DNA of 63,240 nt, counting the filler, from Octopus bimaculoides (taxonomy: Eukaryota), in NCBI RefSeq assembly GCF_001194135.2. It is 4 parts of 4 records of this genome, joined end to end, with 100 filler letters (N's around TTAATTAATTAA, not from the genome) between each part and the next. Parts side by side here need not be neighbours in the genome. Positions count along the whole stretch, not along the records: positions 5,692 to 33,817 come from NC_069009.1; 3 more parts are not named here. One strand, 5' to 3'. Below, in pieces: positions 11,650 through 24,869 of this stretch (position 1 is its first letter; every line of letters starts with the position of its first letter). The translations under genes were made by a program, and so were the position numbers. The notes under the pieces are model-generated. The model ran no database searches. It was not told the origin of the DNA and saw only the letters and a list, made by a program, of their open reading frames with translations.

Positions 11650-11965
11650 TATATGGGGTTAAAGAGCAAAATATTCTGTATAATCAGTAATAATTCACAG
11701 GGAAGTACATTAATTCTGATTACCATCAGGAAACTAATGTTTAGGATCATCTTACAGTTCAGTGAGAACCCTACTCTCTCCGTTTCTATATTCTTGGATG
11801 GAGATTAAAGACCAAACTGTTAGATTCTGGCTCTTCATGTCGGCTGGACCGGTCCAGTTTTTCTCCAGAGGTGAAGCAGAGATAGTGATGTGATTTACAC
11901 AGTACCCTTTGTTGCTATGTCACAAGGTTGTGTTTGAACCCTTGACTCAATTGTTAACTGTGTAG

Positions 11966-12052
11966 CGATGAACAGGAGCAGCTGTGGGTGTGGTTATACG
12001 AGGCAGAGGATGAGAAGCACGATTTGTTTATGGACATTGGTGAAGAAATTAG
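11966..12052 (+). CDS. POLR3H: RPC8 internal exon C (87 bp)
   Basis: (F)[28 protein letters not shown](R), gtatga donor; matches the RPC8 motif WVWEY..HDLYMD.GEEIRFRV. Confidence 0.95.
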
Positions 12053-14263
12053 GTATGAGTCACTGCTTATATGTCTGAATTAGTTATCATTGTCACCATC
12101 ATCATCATGACCATCATCATCATCATCATCATCATTATTATTATTATTATTATTCATCTGACATGTAAAAAGCACCCACTACACTCTTGGAGTGGCTGGC
12201 ATTAGGAAGAGCATCCAGCTATAAAAACCATACCAAATCGGATTGGAACCTAGNNNNNNNNNNCCCCCAGCTTACCAGTTTTTAGTTACATTGTCCAACT
12301 CATGCCAGCATGGAAAACAGATGTGAAATGATGATGATGACGGTAACCACCATCACCATTATTGTTTAACATCCGCTTTCCATACTGGCATAGGTTGGGC
12401 AGTTTGATATGGAACTGACTAGCAAGGAGCTATCCAGACTCAAATTGTCTGTTGTGGCATGGTTTCTATGGCTGGATGCCCTTCCTATTGCCAACCACTT
12501 AACAAAGGGTGCTGGGTGCTTTTTATGTGTCACCAGCATGGGTGTGCTTACACAGCATTGACATGGGTGTGTCAACACAGCACCGGTGCCTGAAAGACAC
12601 CGATTTTCCTCAGCTTGATGCATCTTATCAAATACAGCAGATCATCACATCTCCCAGTTCCTTATCATTTCCTCAGTGAGGCCCGGTGTCCAAAGATCCT
12701 TTCTCATCACTTGGTCCCACATCTTCCTGGGTCTACCCCTTCCACAATTAGAGCTTGACACTTCTTTATGTAACTCTTCTCATCCATACACGTATTATTA
12801 TTAAGGTGGCAAGCTGACAGAATCGTTTGCATGCTGGTCGAAATGCTTACTGGTATTTTGTCTATCATTACATTCTGAGGTCAACTTTGCCTTTCATCAT
12901 TTAGGAGTCAATAAATTAAGTACCAGTGAAACACTGGGGGGTCAATCTAATTGATTAGTCCCTTCCCAACAAATTTCAGGCCTTGTGCCTATAGTAGAAA
13001 GGATTATTATTATTATTATTATGAAGGTGACAAGCTGGCAGAATTGTTAGCGCACCAGATGAAGTACTTAGCGGTATTTTGCCCATTGCTATGTTCTGAA
13101 TTCAAATTCCGCTAAAGTCGGCTTTATTTTTCATCCTTTCAGGGTTGATAAAATAAATACCTGTTGAACACTGGGGTTGATGTAATCGACTCGTCCCTTC
13201 CCCCAAAATTGCTGCCCTTGAGGCAAAATTTGAACCATTATTATTTAGTGGTGAGCTGGCAGAATTGTTAGCATGCCAGGTGAAATGCTTAGCATATTTT
13301 GGCAGTCTTTATGTTCTGCGTTCAGATTCTGTTGAGGCTGACTTTGCTTTTCATCCTTACAGGGTTGATAAGATAAGTACCAGTTGAATACTGGGGTCAA
13401 TGTAATCAACTTACCCCTTTCCCTGAAATTGCTAGCCCTGTACCAAAATGTGAAATATTATTATCATGTAAGATGTTACGATGTTGTGATGTTGTAGATT
13501 GAAGATATTGTGTGTAACAGAGATTCGTACCTTCTGTCAAGTCACGATAAGGACCTTAGACACAAAGTACTACTTTACGTAGTATGCATGCTCACTAAGA
13601 TTGTAGGGTATTTCTAAAGTGTCCAGATGTTTTTCAGGTTGGCAGGTATTGCACCCAATGCTCCAAGGACAGCAGAAACAACCTTTATGTTTGACTGCTG
13701 CAGCTTGCTGCTAAGATGTGGCTCTAGGTTCTGAGTTCAAATCTCACTGAGATCGGCTTTTGCCTTTCATCCTTTTGGTGGAGGGGGTGGTCAGTAAAAG
13801 AAAGTTACTAGGGTGGATGTAATCGACTATCCCATCCCCAACTAAACATTGCAGGCCTTGTGCAAATATTACTATGAATTAGAGTTATAATCACCATTAT
13901 CATTGTCATTACTCAAAATTATTGTCATCACCACCTCTATCGTTGCCATCATCTTATCATTGTCGCCATCACTATAATTGTCATTGTCATCATAACCATC
14001 ATTATCATTATCATTGTTGTCATCACTACCACTATCATCACCATCACTATCATCACCATCATCTTCATCATTGTCATCATAATTATCATTATCATCTTGA
14101 CTGTCATCATCATCAGTGTGACCAAAGTATCCATTGCTGTTTCTTTCTCCCTACTTTCCCTCTCTTTCTCTCTCTTCCTCTCTCAGTTTTTTTTCTCTTT
14201 CCTTTTAAGTATGCATGTCTCAATGTACCTCTCCCCTCTTCTTTCTCCTCCTCTGTCTTTTAG

Positions 14264-14378
14264 ATTCCGAGTTGTTGATGAAACATTTGTAGACACAACA
14301 CCCACAAGCCCAGAAACCGGCACCGAAGAGACCGATGTCTTGGAATCAGATGCCAAAAAGGTGCCCTACACATTAACT
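14264..14378 (+). CDS. POLR3H: RPC8 internal exon D (115 bp)
   Basis: Long pyrimidine tract + tttag acceptor; (R)FRVVDETFVDTTPTSPETGTEETDVLESDAKKVPYTLT; donor gtgagt. Confidence 0.93.
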
Positions 14379-14710
14379 GTGAGTACATTATGGCCTCTAC
14401 CTCTGCCCCCAACACCACATTTCCTTGTCCAGCCTTGTTGACCAGCCCCTCCATAACAAACATACACTCCGTGTGTGTATGTCTAGAAATAGAAATACAT
14501 GCCATAACTCTAAAAGCATTGCCTTAAAGGGTTTTTAAGCAGAAGAAATCGACCCCTGGACTTATTCTTTGTAAGCCTAGTACTTATTCTATCAGTCTCT
14601 TTTGTCAAATGACTAAGTTATGGGGATGTAAACACACCAACACTGGTTGTCAAAGAGTCATGACTTAACAAACGCAGGCACAAAGATACACACATGTAGA
14701 TATATACGTG

Positions 14711-14845
<135 letters not shown>

Positions 14846-15007
14846 GTATATATATATATATATATAGATATTATTTATTTAAAATATAGAGATGCCTATA
14901 ATAGGACATCTAACCCGCTAGAAAGAGCAGCAAAAAAACTCTATACCACACAAATAGGGATAATTCCGAAAGAGAATGAAAAATAAAACCATTTTTACCA
15001 GTCTATA

Positions 15008-15078
15008 CTCTGTACCATGGTTTCAAGCTATTTAGCAAGATAAAAATATATTTAACTCCGGGGCTTTCGTCAGCAGAG
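15008..15078 (-). ncRNA. Type I hammerhead ribozyme motif, different family
   Basis: Minus strand: CUCUG CUGACGA AAGC..GCUU GAAA CCAUGG UA CAGAG. Perfect 5-bp stem I, palindromic stem III ACCAUGGU, GUA triplet. Confidence 0.78.
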
Positions 15079-15849
15079 ATCCGGATTATAGATATCTATA
15101 TATCATCATTTAACATCTGTATTCCATGCTAGCATGAGTGGGATGGTACCACAAGAGCCAGCCAGGCCAAAGCCTGCATCAGGCTTCTTCGACTGTTTTA
15201 GTAGGATTTTTACAGCTGGATGCCCTTCCTAACACCAACCACTCAGCAAAGTGGATTTAGTGCTTCGTATATGACACAAGCACAGGCGAGGTGAGTAGTG
15301 CTTTTTACATGGCACAAGCACAGGTGAGGTCAGTTTTGGCAAGGTTTTTACAGCTGGATGCCCTTCCAAACACCAACCATTTTATAATGTGGACTGGGTG
15401 CTTTTAAGTGGCACCTACACTGACAGGGTTACCAAATACATGCAACACAAAAACTTTGTCTTTCATCCTTTCGGCTTCTTTCGGCTTCGATGAAATAAGT
15501 ACCAGTTATGCACTGGAGTCGATGTAATTGACTTAATCCCTTTGTCTGTCCTTGTTTGTCCCCTCTATGTTTAGCCTCTTGTGGGCAATAAAGAAATAAA
15601 TTATTATTATTTAGGTGGTGAGTTAGCAGAATCGTTAGCATGCCAAGTAAAATGCTTAGCAGCATTTTGTCCACCTTTATGTTCTGCATTCACATTCTGC
15701 TAAGGTCAACTTTGCTTTCCATCTTTTTGGGGTTGATGAAATGGTAACCAGTTGAACACTGGGGGTCGATGCAGTTGACTTACCCACTCCCTGAAATCGC
15801 TGGCCTTGTGCCTATAGTAGAAAGGATTGTTATTTTTATTATTATCACT

Positions 15850-16610
15850 GAGAGAGAGCAGCATATGCTATCAAAGTCACACTGGGGTTCAGATATATGA
15901 AGCGCAGTATACCCATCTGATGAGGGTACACCAGGCACATGCATCACATGGTGATCTACTATCAAAATAAACAGCACATGACCTTGCTGGTGGGGCACTG
16001 TTACAGTTTCCTTCAAGTTGAGTAGCCCATCCTGCTCATTGTTATTATTATTATTATTATTTAGTAAGAGAACCGTGCATGCCATCCAAGTGATGCTGGG
16101 TACAAATACACAAAGCCCAATATACTCATGACTACCCGTCTGATAAGGGGACACCAGACACAGGCATCACAACCATATGTACACGACATGATGATCTTAT
16201 ATCAAGATAAATAACACCTGACCTTGCAGGTGGGGCCCAGACAGAATTTTCTTCAGGTCAAGTATCCCGTCCTGCTCAAAAGGTCCCCGAATAAGGATTG
16301 TTTAAGAATGTTAAATAAAACACCTGTGTTTCCAGAGGTGAATTATTCAAACCCCAAAGAATCCCTCTCAATGCATGGCTATCAGGCACTCCAACTGCTT
16401 TTGCTCATAGTCAGAGATACTTATATCATCAGTCACCAAGGGACATGCTCAACTGGTTAAGATCAATCAACTGACAAGCTAATCTGTGGTATTGAGCAGA
16501 ATGTTTGCTGTAGCCATCTTTTATACCAAGACAAAACATGTATATGATAACACTTTCGATCAGTTAGGATCAAAAGCCATGAGAGTCACTGCCTTTATAT
16601 TGCATCAGGG
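15850..16610 (-). mobile_element. Two copies (one partial) of a dispersed repeat ending in (TAA)n on the minus strand
   Basis: gagagagcagcatatgc(t/c)atcaaagtcacactgggg..ataagggtacaccaggcacatgcatcac shared by 15850-16040, 16070-16610 and 36340-36535; each abuts an (ATT)n tract. Confidence 0.65.
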
Positions 16611-18708
16611 TGGTTGGTGAGCTGACACAATGCCTTGCAGTATTACATCCATCTTTGCGTTCAGAGTTCAAATCCTGGAGAGGTTGACTTTGCCTTTCGT
16701 CCTTTCAGGGTTGATAAAATAAGCAACAGTTGAGCATTGGGGTTGATGTAATCGACTAGCCTCTTTCCCCAAATTTCAGGCCTGGTGCCAATAGTAGAAA
16801 GGATTTTTAGCATATCTGACAAAATGCTCCCAAAACGTTTAGGTCTGTCTTGATTTTCTGAGCGCATATTCCACTGAGGTTGGCTTTCCCTTTTATCCTT
16901 TTGGGGGTCAATAAAATAAAGTACTAGTCAAGTGCTGGGACTAATGGTGTCAACAGATTCCTCCCCTCTAAATTTCTGGCCTTATCCCAAAATATGAAAC
17001 TATTGTTATTGTTGTTGTTTATTATTATTATTAAGGCGGTGAGCTGGCAGAATCGTTAGCATGCTGGATGAAATGCTTAATGGCATTTTGCCTGTTGCTA
17101 CGTTCAGAGTTCAAATTCTGCCGAGGTTGACTTTGCTTTTCATCCTTTCAGGGTTGATTAAATAAGTACCAGTTACGCACTGAGGTCAATACAATCAACT
17201 TAATCCCTTCCCCCAAATTTGAGGCCTTGTGCTTCCAGTAGAAAGGATTATTATTATTATTATTATTATTATTATTGTCATGGGTGCGAACTGGCAGAAA
17301 GGACAGCATGCCAGGCGAAATGCTTAGCGGTATTTTGTCTGTCACTCTGTTCAGATTCTACTGAGGTTGACTTCACCTTTCAGTACCAGTTGAACACTGG
17401 GGTCAATGTAATTGACTCATCACCCCCACCCAAAAGCTGCCCTTGTAGCAAAAATTTGAAACCATTAAGATGGTGAGCTGGCAGAATTGTGTACTGGACA
17501 AAATGCTTATTGGTATTTCACCTATTGCTACATTCTGAGTTCATATTCCACCAAGGTTGATTTTTGCCTTTCATCCTTTCGGGGATCATCATTCTCATTT
17601 AACGTACACTTTCCATGCTGGCATGGGTTGTACAGTTTTACTGAGGAATGGCAAGCCAGGAGGCTGCACCAGGCTCCAATCTGATCTGGCAAGCTTTCTA
17701 CAGCTGGATGTCCTTCCTGACGCCAACCACTCCGAGAGTGTAGTGAGTGCTTTTTACATGCCACTGGCATGGGAGCCAGTCAGGTAGCACTGGCATCGAC
17801 CATGCTTGAATAGTGCTTTTTACGTGCCACTGTCATGGGTACCAGTCAGGCAACACTGGCATGTGAAATACTGGGGTTGATGTAATTGACTCATCCCCTC
17901 CTCCAAAATTCTTGCCCTTGTGGCAAAATTTGAAACCATTATTATTATTATTATTATTATTAAGGTAACGAATTGACATAGTCATTAGCACACTGGGAAA
18001 AATACTTAGCGACATTTCATCTGTGTTCTGAGTTCAAATTCTGCTGAGGTCGACTTTGCCTTTCATCATTTCAGAGTCGATGAATTAAGCACCAGTGAAA
18101 CACTGGGGGTCAATATAATCAACTACTCTCTTCCCCTTAAATTTCTGGCTTTTATGCCTTTTGTAAAAAGGATTATCATTATTATTATTATCATTAAGGT
18201 GGCGAGCTGACATAATCATTAGCACACAGGTCAAAATATTTAGCAGCATTTCGCCCATCACTGTGGTCTGAGTTCAAATTCCACTGAGGTCAACTTTGCC
18301 TTTNNNNNNNNNNNNNNNNNNNNNNNNNNNNNNNNNNNNNNNNNNNNNNNNNNNNNNNNNNNNNNNNNNNNNNNNNNNNNNNNNNNNNNNNNNNNNNNNN
18401 NNNNNNNNNNNNNNNNNNNNNNNNNNNNNNNNNNNNNNNNNNNNNNNNNNNNNNNNNNNNNNNNNNNNNNNNNNNNNNNNNNNNNNNNNNNNNNNNNNNN
18501 NNNNNNNNNNNNNNNNNNNNNNNNNNNNNNNNNNNNNNNNNNNNNNNNNNNNNNNNNNNNNNNNNNNNNNNNNNNNNNNNNNNNNNNNNNNNNNNNNNNN
18601 NNNNNNNNNNNNNNNNNNNNNNNNNNNNNNNNNNNNNNNNNNNNNNNNNNNNNNNNNNNNNNNNNNNNNNNNNNNNNNNNNNNNNNNNNNNNNNNNNNNN
18701 NNNNNNNN

Positions 18709-18940
18709 ATATAAATTTAATGAATGGAGTAAAACACATATTTTAACTGCATACTTTTATTTCCGACATATGTTTCGAAGAATTACAATTTATGCGATCC
18801 ATAGCAATCAGCGATGTTAAAAATGTAAACCTCTCTTCAGGGATTCCTATGGATCGCATAAATTGTAATTCTTCGAAACATATGTTGGAAATGAAAGTAT
18901 TCAGTTAACATATGCGTTTTACTCCATTCATTAAATTTAT
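18709..18940. mobile_element. Palindromic Penelope-like terminal relic
   Basis: Arms 18709-18804 and 18847-18940 are reverse complements; shares atggagt..ttccgacatatgtttcgaag with the 10391-11260 element. Confidence 0.75.
18762..18843 (-). ncRNA. Type I hammerhead motif
   Basis: Minus strand: UCC CUGAAGA GAGG..CUUC GAAA CAUAUG UC GGA. Stem I only 3 bp; GUC triplet. Confidence 0.65.
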
Positions 18941-19661
18941 ATGTACTCAAGCACCCAAAATATCAAGGAGTTTCTACGTCATAAACAGGAGTCACACCAC
19001 AGTCATTTTGTGATCTTTGCTACCCTGGTATCTATTAACCAATTTATTTTGTCCGAGTTATTTATTAATTAGGAGAAAATAAATACATATAATAATATAT
19101 ATATACACATATACATGTATGAGGAAGTGTATGCCTGTCCTGATGGATGTGGGTTATGGGGCCTTAGAGACAGTCACACCAACACTCCTAACTATACACT
19201 GCAGCCTAGTGTTTGTATGTGTGTGTATATTTGAAAGGTAAACTATGTGAGACATAAGAAAAGATGCAAGTTGATCGTTTGTATTTTTACCTTCTGTTTC
19301 AGTGATTTGGGGTTAGCACCACTTCTTCATGAAATCCTTGAAAATCTGGGGATTAAAGAAAAAATTAAAAGCATTTATCTATATCAGACACTGCTTCATG
19401 CAAACTGTGCAACTCTAATCCACATTCACACATAGATATCACCATTTACTGTCCAGCATGGAAATCAGGCATTAAATGAGAGTGATGAAATATGCTTGTA
19501 TATATATGTGTGTGTGTGTGTGTGTATATATGTATATACATGCACACAAAACCCTCATCTTTCACAAAGAAAATCATGACTTTGATTTTATTTATTTTCT
19601 GTACAGACAATTTAAATCCTTTGTAAAAAAAAAAAAAGCAAAATAAAACCTAATTAAAACA

Positions 19662-19698
<37 letters not shown>

Positions 19699-20059
19699 TT
19701 ATATCAATGTGTGTGTGTATATTCTAAAATTCTGCTACCATTGCATCTTGTGTTATTTTATTCATGTCTGAGTGTGTTATTGTGCTTGATGAAGATGTTA
19801 AGAAGTCACATGAACGTTTATTTTATTGAAATTTTCCTTCATTGACTGAGAAAGCAAACCAAAACCTAGCGGTGATTGGTAACTGTCAGTGAGAAAGGGA
19901 AATGTATTTGTATTGTTGATGATGGACAGCTATACCTTTGTTTTTACCTTTCACTTGTTTCACTTATTAGACTGAGGCCATGCTGGGGCACCGCTGTGAA
20001 GTTTTAGAGGGTCGTGGTGAAACCATCTAATAACGATTCTGTTCAAAAGGCTGAAATAA

Positions 20060-20900
20060 TACTTATAATGAACCAGTGAGGAGAGAGACACAACCAAGTA
20101 GAATGTTCAAGAGAAGATTTATTGATATGTTAACTTGTGTGTCTGTGTGTGTGTCATGTATACAGAATAATAGACAGGCTGTCATGAGAACAAAGTGCAT
20201 GTGTGTAGACAGGGATGCATGTGTGTAGGTTAAGTACATATAAGAATAGTGAAGAAGGAGAAAGTGAAAGAGTCTATAATGAGAAGTTAGATGAATATTC
20301 ATAGACACAAGAATGAGAAATACCAGTTCGTAGTCAATTGTACACGGTGATAGAAATACTGTATCAAGAAGTTGTGGCGATGATGCAGAGCCTGTTGCTG
20401 TATGTCTCGGACGAAGTTGTGGCTGTAATGCTCCTGCCTGGGTCACTTGTACAGGAGTTCTTGCAGGTTGTATATTCGCTGTTAACAATGGTGAAGTAAT
20501 TCACAAACAGTAGTGTTGGAACCTGTGCAGTTTGGCTTGAGCTGTGTATGTAGAGAGATGATGTTGACATTAAGAAGATGATGGTAGCGACAAAAAAAAG
20601 AGATTGCTGTAATGCTGTTGGACAGGTTGTCTGGCATTGTCGCTGGAACTGGCCGTTTCTTGTGTGGTCAGTGGCTAGACCTTAGAAGGTCTTGGCCAAA
20701 GGCCTCGAGACAAAGAGAAGGTGAGTTTTTATAAGTAACAGTAGGCTCAAATGGGGTTGAGAAAAGGCTGTCTCATGATCTTATTTAGGAGCTCTGATTG
20801 GTTATATGCTGCATATTGGCACGACAGAGTAAGAGACAAATTGCGCCAATACCAACTAATCAGAGTAGTGGACACAATGGGGTCGAAATAGTAGCCAAAG
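20060..20900. mobile_element. Unclassified probable transposon fragment
   Basis: More GC-rich, non-microsatellite block with broken reading frames; no motif assignable with confidence. Confidence 0.3.
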
Positions 20901-21399
20901 GCTAGCTGTTATTTGCTACTTTTGAATGTATGTATATATAATAAAAGAGAGAGGAATTTCATTTGAGTGTATGCTACAAAGTTGACACCAGTAATTTTTA
21001 TTTTTATTTTATCAGTCTCTTTTGCTGAACTGCTAATTTAGGGGCTGTAAATACCAACACCAGTTGTCAAGTGGTGATAGGAGACAAACAATGGCGCAAT
21101 GACACACACACATGATGGTCTTCTTTCAGTTTCCATCTACCAAATCCACTCTCAAGGCTTCGGTCAGCTCCAGGTTATAATAGAAGACATTTGCCCAAGG
21201 TGCCATGCAGTGGGACTGAACTCAGAACCATGTGGTTAGGAAGCAAATTTATCACTGAGCCACACCTGCTCTTATGGATGTATGTTTCAGCATTGTTCGA
21301 CCTCATCAGTAAAACAGTCTTAACTTGCCTTCTAATAGATATGGACTATTTGATATATGCAAAAAACAGTACCTTCTTGGCCAAAGGTTTTTCTTCTTT

Positions 21400-21930
21400 A
21401 GGTACCATATCCAGAATGTAGGACATAGACAATCATATCCTACAATTCTCTGTTCTTTGTTTTCTGTAACACTTCCAATTCCTGATGCTTACTGCCTCTT
21501 TTTTCCAACCTCTTCATCAATCTTGACATCTATATAATCCTTCTCCTTCCTCTGCTTCTTTTCCCCTTCAGTCTTTCCGGTCATTGCTAAATTCTCCAAC
21601 CCCTCTTTCCTCATCACATGACCAAGAAATCTCGGTTACTTGGCCCTTATCTCACAAAGCAGTATCCTATTTACTGCAGCCTAGGTCTTCTTCATTACAC
21701 ACTTTGTCTGTCCATGTTATCCTTAAGAACCACATTTCACAGCTCTCCAAGCACCTCAATCCTAATGTCATAGACCATGCCTCACTTCCATATATCTACA
21801 AAGGGTAGACATAGCAGTTCTATGTACAGATCTTGGTCCTCGTGCACAGAGTACAGTTTCTCAAGATGTTATACAATTTTGAGAATGCAGATTTCACCTG
21901 AACCATTTGCCTTTTGATCTCCTTCACACA
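21400..21930 (-). mobile_element. RTE-like LINE 3' fragment, highly decayed
   Basis: Minus strand LRITWTDKVCNEE..KGKRSRGR-like motifs. Confidence 0.55.
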
Positions 21931-22249
21931 TCTTGTATCTTCTGTTATCAAAGAAATTTTCTTTAAAAAACGTAAAATCCCTATTTAATTACAATGAAAC
22001 ATTAACTATTAACTCAGGTCTTATCGGAAGGACCAAAATTCTTCCAAAAATTCAGACACTGAGGTGGGTGGACCTTGTAGTTGAAGAACGATACCTGCTT
22101 AATGATTTGTTTGTACACTTTCAGTATTCGTTTGGTAACTTGTGTAATTAGATCTGAGGATACCTGGTTTCCGCACTTGTTATTTGGTCACACATCAAAT
22201 TTGATGGTGATCCTTTCTTTAACCACAAAATAGTAGATAGTCTACTGAT

Positions 22250-23150
22250 CCAGACTAGTCCATTTACCACAGAAGAGGTTCAAACTACCTAAAGTGGTTA
22301 AGAAACAAAAAGACAACAGGTCCAGATAATATCCCAGCCACCATCTGGAAAAGTTCACTTTTCTGCAAACTTATGTTGGATTTCTGTAATGAGAACTATG
22401 AAAGAAGCAAATCAACAGCCTTCTCAGAATCTACAGTTATTCTACTTCCAAAAAATGGTAACCTCCATTCTCTCCTCTAACCTTAAAAGTCTATAACCCT
22501 ATGTTTCTTCATAGAATTTTCCCTTATGTTGATCCAATTCTAAAACAGCCAAAATGGCTTCCACAGAGGCAGTTCAAAACTACCTTAAAAGAATTATTGA
22601 AAGGCTCACCAAGGCTTTTAATAATGTTGTCTCAAGACGCTGAACCTTATGAAGGAGATGAAGACTAAGGACTGAGATGTCTGGCTCATTACTGTACTTA
22701 AGAAGACTCATCCATCACATTCGAAACACCCAGTACATTCTGTGGAGTGGTTGCCATTAGGAAGGTCATCCAGTTGTTGAAACCAGGCCAAAATAGACAA
22801 TAGAGCCTGGTGCAGCCCCTGACCATACCAGTTCTGGTCAAGCTACTCAACCCATGCCAGCATAGAAACCAGAAGTTTAATGATGATGAAAGGCCATGTT
22901 ATCTCTGGTATCCTAGATGAGATTGTCAAAGCTGTCAATCATTTTTGACAACCTGTCAATCTTTGTGCAAAGCATAAATGATCAAACTAAAGCATTTCCA
23001 ACATCTATCAAGGAGACAACTTAGCTCCTTTTCATTTTGAAATTGCAGTGGACTACATTCTTTAGCAAAGCCTTAACCCTATCCATGTGAAAGGCCTTAC
23101 CATCAAGCAGAAACAGCCAAGACTTGAGTAGAGCCTATCTCTCTCTCTCT
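22250..23150 (+). mobile_element. RTE-like LINE reverse transcriptase fragments, with a SINE insertion
   Basis: (G)PDNIPATIWK..VILLPKNGNL and QGDNLAPFHF.IAVDYIL (RT QGDxLxP motif). Confidence 0.6.
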
Positions 23151-23819
23151 GACCCTGACTGTGTGATTCCCCTGATGCTCTCACCTTCCCCAACTACATT
23201 ATTCTGGGTTCAGTCCCATTGTGTCGAACCTTGGGTGTCTTTTACTCTATCCTTGGATTTGGTAGACAGAAACTGAAAGAAGCTCATCATTTTATGTAGT
23301 ATCCCTTGTTTAAACATCATCTGCTTTAAAAAATGACAAACAGTCTTGTCGGCTGAAAAAATGGCGAAATATATAATTTCAACCAGGGAAACCCTGGTAG
23401 CTGTATTTAACAAGACTTGTGGTTTTTATTATAACACTAGTGGGACCTGTGAATATTTTATGGAATTATTCTAAAAACCTTAAAGCATGGACTGTTTTGT
23501 TTCCGTATCAAATGATAGTTGCTCATCTGTTAATCATTGAAAAATGAAGGAAATTGGAGTACGATGCTTACTTAATACATTTCATATATACACTTCATGC
23601 ACAATTTTATAGGCATAATAATTAACACTCATAGAATAAATATTCACTCATTATTTTTCCCATAACCAAAAACAAAAATTGCCGTATCACATATATCTGC
23701 CACATAAATGTGAACATCTCATGTTTTAAGTGATAGGTAATATATCAGGTTTGTGCTAAGGTAATGGCCAATTTTAAGGTCTCTATTATAAGAGAAGAAG
23801 CCCATGATTAAGACAATAT

Positions 23820-24860
23820 TTATTCATTAACAATTTCCATTGCTTTCTAGAACTTCATTCCATCTGTGAACAAGTGTATAAATGTCAAGCTTGTAAAATT
23901 GTTTTGATGTGAATCCAACTCATTTTTAATTTCTTTTCTTGATGTCAACCTAAGACCATTCAAATGGTTTTCTAGTCCCTGAAACAATAATCAGAAGGAG
24001 CAAGGTCTGGAAAATATGGAGGATGAAGCAATATTTTCCAACCAAGCTTTTCCAAGAGATCTTTGGTCAGTTGAGGCCAAGCATTATCATGGTGGAAGAT
24101 GACATCCTTTCTCTTGACTAAGCAAGGTTTCTTTTCAAAGAGATGAAGTTGATCACAGTAGAAATTAGCAGTAATTGTTTGATTGTTGTTTAACAGTTCA
24201 TAATGGACAATTCCTTCAATAGCCCACCATACACTCAACATAATCTTCCTTGGACGAAGTCCTCTTCTCTGTTGTTGAACATATCTTCCTCCTCGATTCA
24301 TGATTGGCAGCATGGATCCTTTACCGTAATGTTAACATTACAGTAAAGGATCCACTCTCATCACCTGTAACAAACCTTCCTAAAAATGGTTCCTTAAGGT
24401 GTTGTGAAAGCAATGACTGACAATAACACACTGTTGCAGATTCTCTAGAGACCGTTCGTGTGAGACCCATTTTCCAACCACTGAAACCTTTCCGATCCTT
24501 TTCAATTGGCATAGAACAGTTATATGGGCTACATTAAACTGTTCTGCAAGTTCTCTACAAGTAATGGTTGGATTTTCTGTAATAACAAGTTCCAAGTCTT
24601 TAGAATCAACTTGGTTTTAATGAGTTTCTTTTGGCTTGTCTTTCAAACTCAAATCCCCACTTTTTAAAGCGAGAAAACCATCTCCTGCAACTTCTTTCAC
24701 TCACTACATCATCTCCATAAACTCTCTGAAGAAACTTTGCTGCTGTGATTGCATTGACACCTTTATGAAACTCATAGACTAAGAAATGTCTAATGTGATC
24801 TTTAGATGGGATGAACATGGATGCAAATATAGCAGAAGATTATCGCCAATACAATAGGAA
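23820..24860 (-). mobile_element. Decayed near full-length mariner transposase
   Basis: HIRHFLVYEFHKG..RRWFSRFK, FVTGDES, MLSVWW..GIVHYELL, FHHDNA, LLHPPYFPDLAPSDY across frameshifted ORFs. Confidence 0.9.
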
Positions 24861-24869
24861 TACTCTCTC

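Larger units (their letters stand above)
8443..11965 (+). other. POLR3H: U12-type (minor spliceosome) GT-AG intron, 3523 bp
   Basis: 5' site GTATCCTTT (8443-8451) equals the U12 consensus; branch-like CCCTTGAC at 11939-11946; no polypyrimidine tract before TGTAG. Joining restores [12 protein letters not shown]. Confidence 0.88.

Noticed and set aside
14341-14366. Alternative donor AAG|GTGCCC at 14361
   Set aside because: It would remove the conserved PYTL motif; the GTGAGT donor at 14379 fits better.
19303-19435. Frame DLGLAPLLHEILENLG after a TTTCAG acceptor as the POLR3H last exon
   Set aside because: Wrong phase for the 14378 donor and lacks the GLGLLSWW motif.
21275-21313. CUGAUGA..GAAAC on the minus strand
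   Set aside because: Stems I, II and III do not pair adequately.
21390-21421. GTISRM* after tttcttctttag as the POLR3H last exon
   Set aside because: Phase mismatch, immediate stop, and it borders an RTE relic.
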